Source: the human T2T-CHM13v2.0 reference genome, Homo sapiens
Assembly (NCBI RefSeq): GCF_009914755.1
Contig: NC_060934.1
Strand: one strand, 5' to 3'
Length of the DNA: 64,000 bases
The position numbers were made by a program, and so were the translations under genes. Below are positions 1 to 14,941 of the stretch, in pieces (positions within the stretch are counted from its first letter, which is position 1; each line of letters begins with the position of its first letter). The notes under the pieces were generated by a model, which was not told where the DNA came from, did no database searches, and was given only the letters and a program-made list of their open reading frames with translations.

Positions 1-920
1 TCCTGGCAACACTCACTGAGGATCTGCTTTGCCAAGGCCGGGCTGGCCTGAATTCAGTTCTCTTGGCCTTGGTTTTTTATTCTTCCTTGTACAGCCCAGA
101 TGGAATGGAGGATGGCTTTTAGCCTTGTGGTTCTAGTGAAATCCTTGGCTGAGAGTGGTTTGTTATGTGACCTGAATTGTCTGTGGGCTCATCAGATCCA
201 CAGAGGACTCCACAGTGTTTCCATGTTATCTTGTCTGTGCTTCCCAAGTACACTCATATGCTTAGAGTCAGTTCAATTGCCTCTGGATAGCAGCGAATTA
301 ACTGAGTCTTGTGGAGTGAGAAGAGCCCGTATCTAACTCCAACAAACTACTTTCATTCAGTGTGACAAAGCCCCCAGTTCACTCCAATCAGATATGAAGG
401 ATTTATATTATGCTGTTCTCTGTTAAGTTGAAAAAGGTTTCCAGAGGACTGGAAATATATTTTCACACCCGCTTCCAAATCCCCTGTTATAATTTTGGAC
501 AAGACCATGCAAGACAACATGGATTCAAATTGGACCCAATGCTGCATCCTGCTCAAATTCCCTTTGCCCGTTGATTAAGGATAGCAATGGATCAGGCAGA
601 ATGCTTCCAATATTGAAATCACTGTTAACATCATTATGAATTGGTTGTGGCATAACAGAGAATTTTCTCAAAGCAGCTCAGTTGAATCTGCTGATTCCTC
701 ATGGAATCCCCTGCCTCCAATCATCTCCTCCTCTACCTAATTCTAGATGTCACTGCCTGAGTGAGTAATCTTCGAAAATGTAGATTTAATAATAGGGGAT
801 GGGGAAGCCTCTCATTGTTTAAATTAAAAAAACATTAATATTCAATACTCTCTATAACTTTTCTTTCTGGCTTCAGCTTCCACTCTATCTCTTCACTCCA
901 ACCAAATTAAATATGTTGTT

Positions 921-1889
921 TGTAGTAGGAAGAATGAAACCTTTCCCTCCCCTGACCCCCTGACCGATGATGTCCACATCCTATTTCCCAGAACCTGTGA
1001 CTCTGTTACTTACATGGCTAAGGGGAAGGAAGTTTGCAGAAGGAATTAAATTTTCTTATCAGTTCCTTTAAGATGGAGAGTTTATCCTGGATTGATCTAG
1101 TGGGCCTGCTGTAATCTCCAGCAGTGGTCCCTAACCTTTATGGCACCAGAGACCGGTTTTGTGAAAGACAGTTTTTCCGTGGACGGGGCGAGGGAGGGAT
1201 GGTTTGGGGATGATTCAAACACATTGCATTTATTGTGCACTTTATCTCAACTAGACAGTCCCATCGGTGGGTGATGGGAGACAGAGGCAGATCATCAGGC
1301 ATTAGATTCTCCTAAGGAGCATGCAGCCTAGATCCCTCCATGTGCAGTTTACAATAGGCTTTGTGCTCCTGTGAGAATCAAGTGCCATCGCTGATCCGAC
1401 AGGAGGTGGAGCTCAGGCGGTAATACGAGTGACGAGGAGTAGCTGCAGATACAGATGGAGCTCACCTGCCACTCACCTCCTGCTGTGCAGCCTGGTCCCT
1501 AACAAACCACGGACCTATACTTGTCGGGTCCATGGCCCTGGGGTTGGGGGCCTCTGATCTCAAGGGTCCTTATAAGTAAAAAGCGGAACTGAGAGAGAGA
1601 ATAAAGAAAGATTTGAAGATTCTAGACAGCTGGCTTTGGAGATGAAGATAGGGGAAGCCAAGGAATGCAAATGACCTATAGAAGCTAAAAAAAGCAAAGA
1701 CAACAACAACAAAAAATTGAATTATTCCCTAGAGCCTGTAGAAAAATGCAGCCCTATGGAAACTTTGATTTTATTTCAGTGAGACCAGTTTTGAACCTCT
1801 GACCTCCAAAACTGTATGGTAAGAGACTAGAGTTGTTTCAGCCTCTGCGTTAGTGGTAACTTGTTATAGCAGCAATGGGAAACACACCA
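921..1889 (+). mobile_element. MLT1D-like MaLR solo LTR, split by MER1A
   Basis: tgtagtagg...gatgtccacatccta...gaacctgtga...gtaatct[insert]caagggtccttataag...ttgttatagcagcaatgggaaac. Imperfect 5-bp TSD ttgtt/ctgtt. Confidence 0.8.
1122..1556 (+). mobile_element. MER1A hAT-Charlie DNA transposon
   Basis: Terminal inverted repeats cagtggtccctaacc / ggttgggggcctctg. Internal gatcatcaggcattagattct. 8-bp TSD atctccag/atctcaag. Confidence 0.85.
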
Positions 1890-1894
1890 CTGTT

Positions 1895-2015
1895 GAGTGC
1901 AGTAGTTGTAAAAACAGACTCAGAGCCCAGGCTATCAGGTTTGAATCCTGACCCCGATGCTAGCTCTGTGTCCCTGGCAAGTTACTTGACATTTTCTAGG
2001 ACTTGGATTCCTTTT
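1895..2015 (+). mobile_element. MIR fragment
   Basis: ggtttgaatcctgac...tagctctgtgtccctggcaagttacttgac resembles the MIR core. Confidence 0.6.
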
Positions 2016-2206
2016 CCTGCTCACTGATGTTCTGATAACAAAATATTTCCTTTCTCCAAAAACATCTTGTGCTTTACTGCTCCCATGTTTGCTAATATTA
2101 TTAGATCCACATTTCTTTTTGGAAAAAATTGACCTGTCTCATTGAATTTGGCAGTAATATTACATCTTCCCTAAAAATTCTGTAATACACCTCAGGGTGA
2201 TTTATG

Positions 2207-2266
2207 TCTCTCTCTCTCTTTCTCTCTCTCCTTTTTTCTTTTCTTTCTTTCTTTTTTTTTTTTTTT
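2207..2266. repeat. (TC)n/T-rich pure pyrimidine tract
   Basis: 60 consecutive pyrimidines on the + strand. Confidence 0.9.
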
Positions 2267-3388
2267 GCACAGTTCTAGTGTTTTGCTGTTTAACAAGTTA
2301 TAACTTTTACTATAGTTAATTATTATATTTGCTTTACTGTCATGACTAATATTAATAACTCCTTGAAGAGATGGATAGGTTTCGTTCGTGTTTGAGTCCC
2401 TCCTTCCCTCCAGGGTCTAGGAAAGTCCCTTTCTTATTGCAGATGTCCCTCAAAGCTTCTGAAATTGAACTTAACTATTGACATGAGTCTTGTGAAATTA
2501 AGGGTCCAATAAGATATTTTATGTTTGAGACTGTGTTACTCACTTTAATAACTAAATGGCATCATGTACAGTGAGTAAGCACTTTAGAAAAGTTAAAGGA
2601 TGAAATGCTTAAATAATCTTTTTTAAGGACTTCCTGTGAAATGGATTTTTAAATTCACAACTGTCATTTCTACTACAATTCTTCATTAAATTAATACCCA
2701 AAGGTATCCTTGGCATGTGTTATGTAGTAGAGGCTCCAGACATTCAGCATATTATTATTAGGGCCTCAGAAGAAGGTAAAAATGAATAGAGCTGTGTTCT
2801 CCTTCCTATTGCCTAGTTCTCTAAGGATGCCATTTCTCAAATTTCAATGAAGGGAAATGGGGAAAATAAACAAGACTATTAACAGCAAGCAAGTAGAGAA
2901 TGGCTTTGCAGAATGATTTTCTTCCTTTCTTTCTTTTTTTTTTTTTTGGTATAATGGAAAGAGTGTAGTGCTCTCAGTTAAGAATGGTTTTGATCTTCCA
3001 TTCTACTCTTACTCAGAGTAGAATGACCAACAGTTTGCTAGTTCCACATCTCTATTGATGGTGGATGGTTTTTTTCTATAAATGATGCTTTATTGTTTCA
3101 ATGGAAAACTATGTCTGGGATCAGAAAAATGTGTGACTGTGTGGCGTTTAATGCTCTGAGCTCTGAAGGAAGAGAGACCTTAATGTGATTCCAGTTTTGT
3201 CATTTAGCGCTCCTATGCCTTTGAGCCATGGTTAACCTCTCCAACCCTCTCTTTTCTTTGTGGAAAGGTGTTGATAATAAAAGAACTTGACTTTAAAAAT
3301 TGTAGTTACTTTATTTCAGACGCTCTGCTGCCCATATTATGTTTCATTAAATAATAAAGCATTGCATTATTATTTAATAAGTGCATTA

Positions 3389-3772
<384 letters not shown>

Positions 3773-4520
3773 CTAAATTTGTGACAAAGCATTCTACACA
3801 TCAAAATACTCATTCTTGGGTGTTTGAAGGCTAAGGCTAGTTGAATACTTGACCATTAGTAGTCTACTGGGAAAAAAATTCTGATGTGCAGAAATTTATT
3901 AACAGCTGCTCTGACATGATCATTTTTCAAGGCTTGTCAGAGCAGAGGGCTCTGAATATCTTCTGAGAATACATGAGGCTGGATGCAGTGAAAAACTAAA
4001 ACTACTAATAGGAATAGGAGGGGATAGATCAGAGATGCACCTTTAACCCCAAATGAAATGTGATAAACAAGATTAACATTTTAGAGTACTATTATAACAA
4101 GAATGGTGCTTGGTAAATGCAGCTTATGTTAGAGTGTATAAGAAATATTCATTCCTTAATATATACTGATTTGCTGTGTGAATATGTAATACAAAATGTT
4201 AATTCATCTTGATATTAGAGACTTCTGTAAGTGGGTCTACATGTACACTGGGACTAGAAAATAGCAATGTGATAATAGAGGAATTTTCTTGCTCCAGTTA
4301 CATGATACTTCTTAAGTGAAAGTGTAGTTAGTAATGTGTGTGTCCTGTTGGCCATAACACAATAGTATTGTTTAAAGAATGTTAATTGAGTCACAGAAGA
4401 TGTACTGATCATTTTATCCATGCTCAATATATGATAGGCAGATACATTATTATAGCCCAACTTTTGGAGACCAAAGTGAATTATTGATGGGAAGACTGTC
4501 TTTCAAAGTGATACTTTCCC

Positions 4521-6733
4521 TTAATAAAGTAGACAGCAAAGGAACATGCTTTAAAATAATAAAAGCCACTTATGACAAATCCACACCTAATATCATACTG
4601 AATGGGAAAAAGCTGGAAGCATTCCCCTTGAGAACTGGAACAAGACAAGGATGCCCACTCTCTGCACTCATATTCAAGATATTACTAAATGTCCTAGTCT
4701 GAGAAATCAGGCAAGAGAAAGAAATAAAAGGCATCCAAGTAGAAAAAGAAGTCAAACTATTTTTCTTCACTGACAATATGATTCTATTCCTAGAAAACCC
4801 TAAAGACTCTACCAAAAGGTTCCAGAACTGATAAATGACTTCAGTAAAGTTTCGGGGTACAAAATCAAGGTACAAAAATCATTAGCATTTCTATACACCA
4901 ATGTGTTCAAGCTGAGAGCCAAATCAAGAACAAAATCTCACCTACAATAGCCACACATACAGTATCCCTAGGAATACATCTAACCAAGGAGGTGAAAGAT
5001 CTCTACAAGGAGAACTAAAAAATATTGCAGAAAGAAATCACAGATAACACAGACAAAGGGAGAAACATTACATGCTCATAGATTTGAATAAATAGTATTT
5101 TTAAATACTGCCCAAACAATCTACAGATTCAACTCTATTCCTATGAAACTACCAATGACATTTTTGACAGAATTAGAACAAAACTATGCAAAAATTCATA
5201 TGGAACCAAAAAGTAGCCCAAATAGCCAAAGCAACCCTCAGCAAAAAGAACAAAGTTGGAAACATCACATTACTTGACTTCAAACATAGTATACGGCTAC
5301 AGTAAACAAAACAGCATGGTACTGGTACAAGAACAGACACATAGACCTATACAACAGACTAGAGAACTCAGAAATAAAGCCACATACCTACAACCATCTA
5401 ATTGTTGACAGAGTTGACAGAAATAAGCAAGGGGAGAAGGACTGTTCAATAAATGGTACTGGGACAACTGGCTAGGCATATGCAGAAGAATGAAACTGGA
5501 CCTCTACTTTTTGCCATATATAAAAATTAACTGAAGATGGATTAAAGATTTAAATGTGAGTCCTCAAACTGTAAGAATCCTAGAAGAAAACCTAGGAAAC
5601 ACCATTCTGGACATCAGCCTTGGGAAAGAATTTATGACTAAGTCCTCAGAAGCAATTGCAACAAAAAAATCAATAAGTTAGGCTTAATTAAAGAGCTTCT
5701 GCATGGCAAAGAAAAGAAGCTATCAACAGAATACCCAGACAACCTACAAAATTGGAGAAAATACTCATAAACTATGATCTGACAAATGTCTAATATCCAA
5801 AAATCTATAAGAAACTTAAACAATTCAACAAACAAAGCAACCCCATTAAAAAGTAGGCAAAAGGCATAAGCAGACACTTCTCAAAACAAAGAAACAAACA
5901 CATACACACACATAGGTAGCCAACAAACATATGAAAAAAAATGCTCATTATCACTAATCATTAGAGAAATGCAATAAGATACTAACTATCTCACACCAGT
6001 TTTCACAATGGACATTATTTAAAAGTCAAAAAAACAACAGGTCGTGGCAAGGCTGTGGAGAAAAGGGAATGCTTATACGCTGTTGGTGGGAATATAAGTT
6101 AGTTCAGCTATTGTGGGAAGCAGTTTAGAGATTTCTTGAACTTAAAACAGAACTATCATTCTACCCAGCAATCCCATTACTGGGTATATATCCAAAAGAA
6201 AACAAATTGTTCTACCAAAGAGACACTTGTACTTGTATGTTCGTTGCAGCACTATTCATAGCAAAGATGTGGAATCAATTCAGGTGCCCATCAGTGGGGG
6301 ATTGGATAAAGAAAATGTGAGACATAAACACCATGGACTACTACATAGCCATAAAAAAGAACAAAATTATGTCCTTTGCAGCAACATGGATGCAGCTAGA
6401 GACCCTAATCCTAAGCCAGTGAATACAGGAACAGATAACCAAATACTACATGTTTTCACTTATAAGTGGAAGCTAAATATTGGGTACTCACGGACATAAA
6501 GATGGCAACAGTAGACACAGGAGACTACACGGTGAGGGGGGAAGGAAGGGGAGCCAGAGGTGACAAACTACTGGGTACTATGCTCAGTACTTGGGTGACA
6601 AAATCAGTCATACCCCAAATGGCAGCATCATGCCATATACCCTTGTAGCAATCCTGCACATGTACTCCCTGAATCTAAAATAAAAGTTGGAATTATTTTA
6701 AAAAATACATTTTTTAAAATGTAAAAAGAAAAA
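4521..6733 (+). mobile_element. 5'-truncated L1 (L1PA16/17-like): degraded ORF2 RT-to-C-terminus plus 3'UTR
   Basis: Translates [18 protein letters not shown] (L1 RT motif). 3' end ctgcacatgtactccctgaatctaaaataaaag. TSD caaagtgatactttc/caaagtggtattttc. ORF is disrupted. Confidence 0.93.
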
Positions 6734-7435
6734 CAAAGTGGTATTTTCTTCCCCTTCTCCCTTTCTTCCTTCCTCCCTTGAGTATCCAAGAGATATCTCT
6801 CCGTCCGCTTGGCTACTTAACAGCAGCTGTTGTTTGAACCATAAAGTGAATTATTCATTAAGTCAGCCTTTTTGCCAGCTGACTGGCTGCTGACTTTCTG
6901 AAAAATGACATTGATTTCTTAAGATCCTCAAATAAGTAATGAAAATCAACCGTCTAAATTCATTCAACCTTAATTGAATAAATACCGTATGGATTCTCCC
7001 ACAGGATCTCAAAAGCAAACCAAAAATTGTTCAGCTGAAATTAAACAATCTTTGGCTGTATAAAACTAATGGGAGTTGAAATGCAGGAAATTCCATTTAG
7101 CAGTCAAAAACCCCAGAGCATGCCAGACTTATTCAGAGCATTGCCTCCATCTTTTGTTCAGAGAATATACAGAGAAATGTTGAGTATCTGAATTTCTAAA
7201 ATGATTGCTTGGGTAAAGAGGACCTGCTTGGATATGTACCTATTTAAAAAGCATTTATCTTGGAAATACGTTGAGCTGTAAGTGAGATCTGTAGAAGAAT
7301 AGGCTAGTTGTTACTTGCTTCGGATTTTCCAGAAGGAAATAAGACTTAGTCATGAGGGGCACATTTTAAACAGGTTTACCTGTTTTTGTCTGGCCAGAAG
7401 GGAGTCAACCTAAGGAAAAGTAATTTTAATTTTAA

Positions 7436-7652
7436 TTTTTTTCTTCTTTTTTTTTGTTTTGATGATCTCAGCTCACTGCAACTTCCACATCCTGGATTCA
7501 GGCGATTCTCCTGCCTCAGCCTCCTAAGTAGCTGGGATTACAGGCATGTGCCACCACGCCCAGCTAATTTTTGTATTTATTAGTAGAGACAGGGTTTGAC
7601 CATGTTGGCCAGGCTGGTCTCGAACTCCTGACCTCAGGTGACCCACCCACCT
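7436..7652 (-). mobile_element. Partial AluS
   Basis: T-rich tail followed by gatctcagctcactgcaac...ctcctgacctcaggtga. Internally deleted and truncated. Confidence 0.9.
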
Positions 7653-9610
7653 AGGTGTGTAAACTTGGAATTCTATAGTTTCTGTACATTTTTTTAGAAA
7701 CAAATTTCTGATATTATAGCCATCGTTTTCAGACCTTATTTATACAACTAGTTAGTATAGACTGCTGTGTAGCAAATGAAGTGTGGGGAGATCGCAGTGA
7801 GAACAGAGTGACCATGCTAGGTGGTTGTGATTCAGAATAGGGACGTGGAATGAAGGGGAAGGGAAGTAGTGACATTTGATTTAAGTATTTGGGGTAGAGC
7901 CATTAGAACTTGCAGAAACACTGGATGTATATACCTGTGAGTGTGTAAGTTCACACGTGCTTGTTTGTTAAGGGTAAAAAGTGTGCCCAGAAATGGGAGG
8001 TGAAGCAGTAGGAGAAATCCGGGGTAACACCTTTTTGTTTTGAACAATAAAACAGAAACAGGTCTAGCAAAAATACCAATCCTGTTTTCAGTTTGATCAA
8101 AAGTTCAAATTTCCAGTAGGTCTAGAAGTAGTATTAGCATTAAAATCCATTCTTCTGGATTTGTCTAAGACTGGAAAGATCAGAAGTCAAAAGACATTTC
8201 AACTTTCAATTTCAGAGCTGCCAATCTTCTATCTTTCTTGAACTCTAAAATTATTTTTCTGAAAGGAGTTTATGATCATCATACTCAAAGTGATCTCTAA
8301 GAGTGATTTTAAAATTTTTATTACAAAGTTTCCTTAATGTGAAATGAAAAGAAACCAGCCTGTTTTTTTTTTCTTTTAAATATGACAGCAAATGTACTGT
8401 TTTGATGAAATGATGTTCTTCCAAGCCTTGGTGATTGTTTTAATTTCAAAGAGTCTGGAAATGAAAGTGACAGCTGATAATTTTTGGAAGTGTGGGCGGG
8501 GTGATAAAATCGTGCATTTAAATCATGTTAAAAACTTGGCTTCAGTCTTTGGAAGCTTAGTAATTTACAGCAGTGATATAAATCCAGCTGAATCTGATGG
8601 AAGGAGGACTCAGGAAGTAGACACTGGAATAGGCAGAGATTATGAGAATAATAATCAAAGAACAGTAGATTCAGTTAAGCAAAATGTGTGGGCTTATCTT
8701 TTAAAGCAATTTCTTTGTAGATAGTTGATGAAAACTATAATAAGCTTTTGGTATATTGACTGATTTTCTCTATCAGCCCATTTAACATTATCTACTGAAA
8801 ACAAAATTTGGTGTATATTAATCTTTTATTATCCTTATGGACATTTTGAATAAAATTACTCTCTAAGCCAATTTTGTGTAATTGGCAGCTAACGTAATTG
8901 GTAAATGCTATTTGAGAAGAAACCCAGGAGTAAGCATCTAACATCTTACAGCTTATTCAGATATTGCAGATGATCTGCATTTTGTAAAATGGAGTAATTT
9001 ATTATTTGCACATGATATCTGATTTTTGATGATCCATTTGTAGTCTATATTGTCTATATAGGACTTAGAACAAAAACATGGCATGAGCGTTAATTTTGTT
9101 TTCACAATACCACTTCATTTACATGTATCTTATTTTAAATTTAATTTAAATGAATTATTTTGGACTGACTAAAAAACTATTATATTGGGGTTCTATTTCC
9201 ATTTATTGATATTTTTAACTTAGACTGATGTTTAATACAGATTGCTCACATAGAGAACAAATAGGCATGATGAAATTGTTTCAAACTGGTTAGATGGAAT
9301 TGGATGTAAGTTGGAAAAACATATTTCTGTCACAATTTAAGCAGTCAGCAAATAATCAGAACACCTTTTGGTCTACTTACAGGAGAGGTCACATAAGTGA
9401 TTCCTTAACTGGCACTCTTGCCCCCCCATCCCTGTCGTATCTATCTGTACACTTCTTTCAGGACCCTTTTCCTAAAGCAAATGGGTGATTATATTACCTT
9501 CTTTCTCACAAATTCCTAACTCTCTGTTATCAACTAAATGAAGTCCAGATTGGGCTCTAGTTGGGCCTTCCTTGTTGCCTATAGTTGTTTCTCCTTCTGC
9601 CTTTCACTGA

Positions 9611-9868
9611 TTTTTTTTTTTTTTTTTTTTTTCCTGAGACAGGGTCTTGTTCTGTTGCCCAGGCTGGAGTGCTTGCTCAGTCTTCTGAGTAGCTGGGACT
9701 ATCGGCATGCACCACTATGCCCAGCTCATTTTTCAATTTTTTTTTTTTTTTTAGAAACAAGGTCTTGCTGTGTTTCCCAAGCTGGCCTCAAACTCCTGGC
9801 CTCAAGGGATCCTCCTGCATAGCCTCCCAAACTGCTGAGATGACAGATGTGAGCCACTGCACCCAGCC
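9611..9868 (-). mobile_element. AluJ with internal deletion
   Basis: Poly(T) then gagacagggtcttg...ctcctggcctcaagggatcctcc...cacccagcc. Confidence 0.9.
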
Positions 9869-10074
9869 TCTTTCCTGGATTTTGTACCAAACTGAACTAT
9901 GTTCCTAGAAAAATGACATCCCCCAACCCATTTCCGGGAAATGCACCCTCGTCTTGATTCCCCTTTTCATCACCTTTCTACATGGCACCCATATTCTCTA
10001 ACCAGTGCTATCCAAGGTCAGGCAGAGAAAGCTCATGGTCCCAGGTCCAAGGGCTGCCTTCATTCAGGTTAAGT

Positions 10075-10215
10075 GGCTTTATTAGCCAGAGTTTCCTTAT
10101 CTGTAAATGTAATACAGCACTTTTAATATACAATGGTTTTAGGGACCAAATAAGATAAAATACGTAAAACACATACACAATACCTGGAATACGTTGGGTG
10201 CTCTGTAATAAAATA
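10075..10215 (+). mobile_element. MIR fragment
   Basis: cagagtttccttatctgtaaatg...acaatacctggaatac...ctctgtaataa. Confidence 0.6.
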
Positions 10216-10333
10216 AATTCCCAGCTTAAAAAAAAAAGAAGTTGTTCATAACTGTTTTCTGTTCCCACACTGGAAAGAAGCTCTCCTCCTTTGACCTGTC
10301 ATGGCACTTCATTTAAAATTTTGAAACATTCTT

Positions 10334-10760
<427 letters not shown>

Positions 10761-10819
10761 TTAATTGACTGGAAATATTAGTGAAAGAATGGCAACTACT
10801 CTCAGGTGCAGGGGGGTGT

Positions 10820-11025
10820 CTCAGCACTTGAATAAATTTTTTAAAACAATGTAACATATCTCAGTAATCATTTTTTATATTGACTGCATGTTAAAATGAA
10901 AACATTTTGGATCTGACAGGTTTACTGGAATATATTACTAAACTTAATTTTACCTTTAAATTTACCTTTCAGAAAATGTACAATTACATGTGTGTCTCCC
11001 ATTCCGTTTCTATTGTACAGCTCTG
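10820..11025 (+). mobile_element. MER33-like hAT-Charlie fragment
   Basis: ttttatattgactgcatgttaaaatga...aattacatgtgtgtctcccatt...ttctattgtacagctctg. Confidence 0.65.
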
Positions 11026-11829
11026 GAATCTTAGTATTAACATTCCTCAGCAAAAACATCAGCTCTCAAAGAAACCTTTGGACTTGTGAATTTACAAATC
11101 TCTGATTGATAATAGACACTAGCTGATTTATTATGTAGATTAATAGGTAAATGAATAAATGAGCAAATGTACACATGGAAGGACAAAAGGAGAGATGGAA
11201 TAAAAGATCAATGAAGGCACAGACTGTATCTGTCTCACATATTTATGTGTCCCTAGAATTTAGAACATTCTGTGTCTGTTAAGTGCTTATATGCATGTCT
11301 TACATACTAGCGTTGTCTAAAACTTTTGATTGGCTTAGTCCAAGTGTATTGAACTATGTCAATACGGGAATGTGTATGACTAATGCCTTGCTTTACACCC
11401 ATAGGTTACATGACCATTTCTATTTTATAGAGCAGATAGTAAAAACTTAAGACAACTTAGCAATTAAGAAGTGCTACTGGGAACAATTCTGTTTAATTAT
11501 AAAAGGGCAGTTTTAGGTATCTACTCTGTGGGCACTGGCATAATTTGTGAAATATCAGCACAAATGTTCCTGTCTTCATATAGGGCAACTCAATTTATGA
11601 AATTCAACAATTTGGAAATTTTATAAATCATAAAAAAGATTTATATGCTTTATTTGAAAACTGGGGCTTTTAGAGTTCACAAGCAAACTAGTACCAACTT
11701 ACTTCCATCTCTCATTCTAGTCTTTGAACTGGTACTGTGTGGAAATTAGTTTTTGAGCAGAGAGTATACTATTGATGTGTGTCACATTTTAAGAAGGATA
11801 TTGCTCTCTTTGTAGTTCTTTGTTGACTC

Positions 11830-12380
11830 TATAAATGATTTACTGTAAATGCTCATTGTAAGAATATGTGAAATACAGAAAGTTTAATATAAATAAAAAG
11901 ATCTGAGTTTCTGATACCCGAAAGTAGCCCTTAAAGTATTTTCACACACAAAGTTCCAGATAACATTTTAGTCATGCACACATTTGGATTACATGTATAG
12001 AATTTTACAAAAATTAGGTCAATTTTGTAAGGTTTTTAACTTAATAATACGCTGGAAATATCTTCTTCTCATATCAACACATGAAATTACCACGTTTATG
12101 CCAGGATAATGTTGCATTAAATTAATGCATCATAATATATGTCACCTGGCTCCTCATGATGGGCATGTCAGTCTTTTCCAGTTTTTGATACAAATAACAC
12201 TGCGATGAAGTGACTCATGCATTCATTTTTGTTCACTGATTTGATGGGCCCTTTAGTAAAAATTCGACCATATGTTCTTGCTGGGTCAAGGTTATGCAGT
12301 TATTAATACATGTTGCTAAACTGTCTTCAAAGAAGTTGTACCAATTTACATTCTGCTTCCACATTCCTTAGCAATACAAA
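11830..12380 (-). mobile_element. Old L1M fragment
   Basis: tgatgggcat...ttccagtttt...ttgctgggtcaagg...ttgtaccaatttacattc is typical of antisense L1M 3' sequence. Confidence 0.6.
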
Positions 12381-14611
12381 TCTAGTTTTTGCAATGAAAG
12401 TTACTGGGACAGTAACATTTATTCTTTAGAGTTTCAGTTTTATGCAGTCTATATATTAGGTGCTACCAGAAAGATTAACAACTATAAATACTGTTCTGAT
12501 TGTGATCTCCTCAAGGTGAAATAGTTAAATTATTCTTTTGAGATTGTCTGACTTAGATCTGCATATTCTTGTTAAGTTCAGCTTTCAGCTACAAGTTTAA
12601 CTTGTTGTTCATTGCATCTAGTATCTTCTTGGATTAACACCTGTTCTTCTTAAATGAAAATTGTTGTTTCTATGTATATTGCTGGTGTTTCACGTAGAGA
12701 AGAGCAGACGAGGATAACAACCTACTTCTTTATCACCTCAGGGCAAAATCAAGCCTGATTGTATAGCAGTGAGGTACCTGTTATACAGTATACTCTCTAA
12801 GAGAGACACAAATAACTAATTCCATGGCTTTGTTCACACCTGTCTCATGCTATTGTGGAAAGTGAACGTTTAGATTCCTTTCTGAACTGAGAGAAATTTC
12901 TTGAGCACTCACTATATGCTTGAGTAAATATGTAATAAAACCTACAGACCTAAAATAAATTATAACCTATTTGCTCTACTGTTCTTTGACATCTAAACAT
13001 GTAAATCTGAACTGGAAAACTGACGTATCCCCTTTGGCCATGAATGAAATGTCTGATAAAGCCAAGTATCTCTGTAACCAGATCTCCTCTTGTTCTACAT
13101 TTAATTGGAACTGCATGTAAAATATGATTTTCCAGGGCATTTAGAATTAATACCTCAGAGGTTGTAACGTAGTTCAGTACTTGAAGTTACTTCCAAAGCT
13201 ATCTGCCTTTTTTCCCCCTCAGTTCGGAATTTGTCTGGGGAAGGGATTTTGTTTAAATTTTATCTTAAATTAGGTATAAGGAAGGTCAGATCATCACAAA
13301 TAATTGTGTTTAAATCTATACAAATAAATATATCAGAAAGTGTATGTAAGTTTTTGTTTTGTTTTGTTTTGTTTTTCAAATTAAGTTCTGAAACTCAACT
13401 AGACCTTGTTTCCAGAGAAGTAAGAGGAGCAGTTTGCCAATGCTGTCTAGGCACATTATTTTGTAGCTAACAGGAAATCTTGAGTGATCAGCCACTAACA
13501 GATCATTAACCAGGTTTTGTGGCCTATGGCAGACAGCCTTCTGATTAGAAGTTGAAACAGAAAGCAACATAGTTGTTACTCTTCTTTGTGATTTCTGAAT
13601 AGAAGGGAGAAATCAAGCTAAATTTGGACTGTCATTTCCTTAAATGTTCATTTTACAAATGAAGACATTAATCCTGAGATGTTGAGCAGTTTACCCAGGA
13701 TTATCATCCCTTCCATAAAAATCCCACTGTCCATCTGATAAGCCCTTTTTCTTAAAATCTTACAAAACTGTTGAATGATTTTTAAGGAAAGGATAATAAA
13801 GATACCTGGAATGATTGTCTTGGTGTTTCTGAGAAACACATTTCTAACCAAAAAGGAAGATGAAATCAAAGAGCTTATTACTAGAAATAAAGGGGTCAAA
13901 GCCTCATCCAACTTTACCTTTTGATAAAAAGCTACTAAAAAATAATTCATCACTGAAAAGAAAACAGCAAGTATTAAAATGATGTCTTTGTAGCAGTGAG
14001 TTTATTTGGTGCCTTTCTTAGCAAGGACATTGTCCAAGTTTTTATTAAATGTATGCTGACTGTGTGTTAAGAGTTCATATCTTAATTTAAGAATCCTGAA
14101 ATGGCTTGTCTCCTTGATACTTACTTAAATTAAATTTAGAAATATTCGTATCTGAGATATATCACAGTGTAGAGTAAATAGCTTAGGTCTTTATTTAAAT
14201 CAGCAATTTAAAACCTGGGGTCTATGTATCACTTATAAACTCCTCTCCTGGGAGTGCCAGATGTATTTAGAATGTAAAACATCCAGGAACCCAAATGAAA
14301 CCCTAGGGACCCACAGATTTTGAAGATCTTCTATGAAGAGTTTGTTCAACACTTTCACCCCCAATTCTATGACCTATAGAAATACAGAGCCACAGCCAGG
14401 ATTTCTGAAAATTCTAAGGACATTTTCTGTGTCTATTATTTCAGAGTTCTGTCACCTACCTATTTTTTCTGTGCTGTACTATGTGGCACAGATGTGAAAA
14501 TCCACAGCATCTTTGAGTCCCTCCCCAATCACTCACACAAAATGTAATGACTTCATAAATACTTGTTATGGAAAGGGAAATCTGGAGAAGGGGTTTAAAT
14601 TGCAGTAACAA

Positions 14612-14941
14612 GGCCAGGCAAGACGGCTCATGCCTGACATCTCAGTGCTTTGGGGGGCTGAGGTAGAAGGATTGCTTGAGCCTCAAAGTTTGATACCAGA
14701 CTGGCAACATATCTAGAGCTCGTCTCAAAAAAAAAAAAAAAAAAAAAATTAGCCAGGGTGGTAGTGCACACGTGTATTCCCAGCTACTGGGGAGGCTAAG
14801 ATGAGAGTATTGCTTGAGTCCTGGAGTTCCAGGTCACAGTAAACTGTGATCTCACCACTGCACTCCAGCTTGGGTGACTGAGTGAGACCCTGTCTGTAAG
14901 ATAAATAAATGAATAAGAAGAATAAAATAAAATAAAATAAA
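14612..14941 (+). mobile_element. AluJ with expanded middle A tract and (AAATA)n tail
   Basis: ggattgcttgagcc, a pure A linker of ~22 nt, gagtgagaccctgtct. Confidence 0.9.

Noticed and set aside
4484-4702. ORF with RT motif GTRQGCPLS
   Set aside because: It is a decayed fragment of a 5'-truncated L1 ORF2, not a functional RT or a new retroelement.
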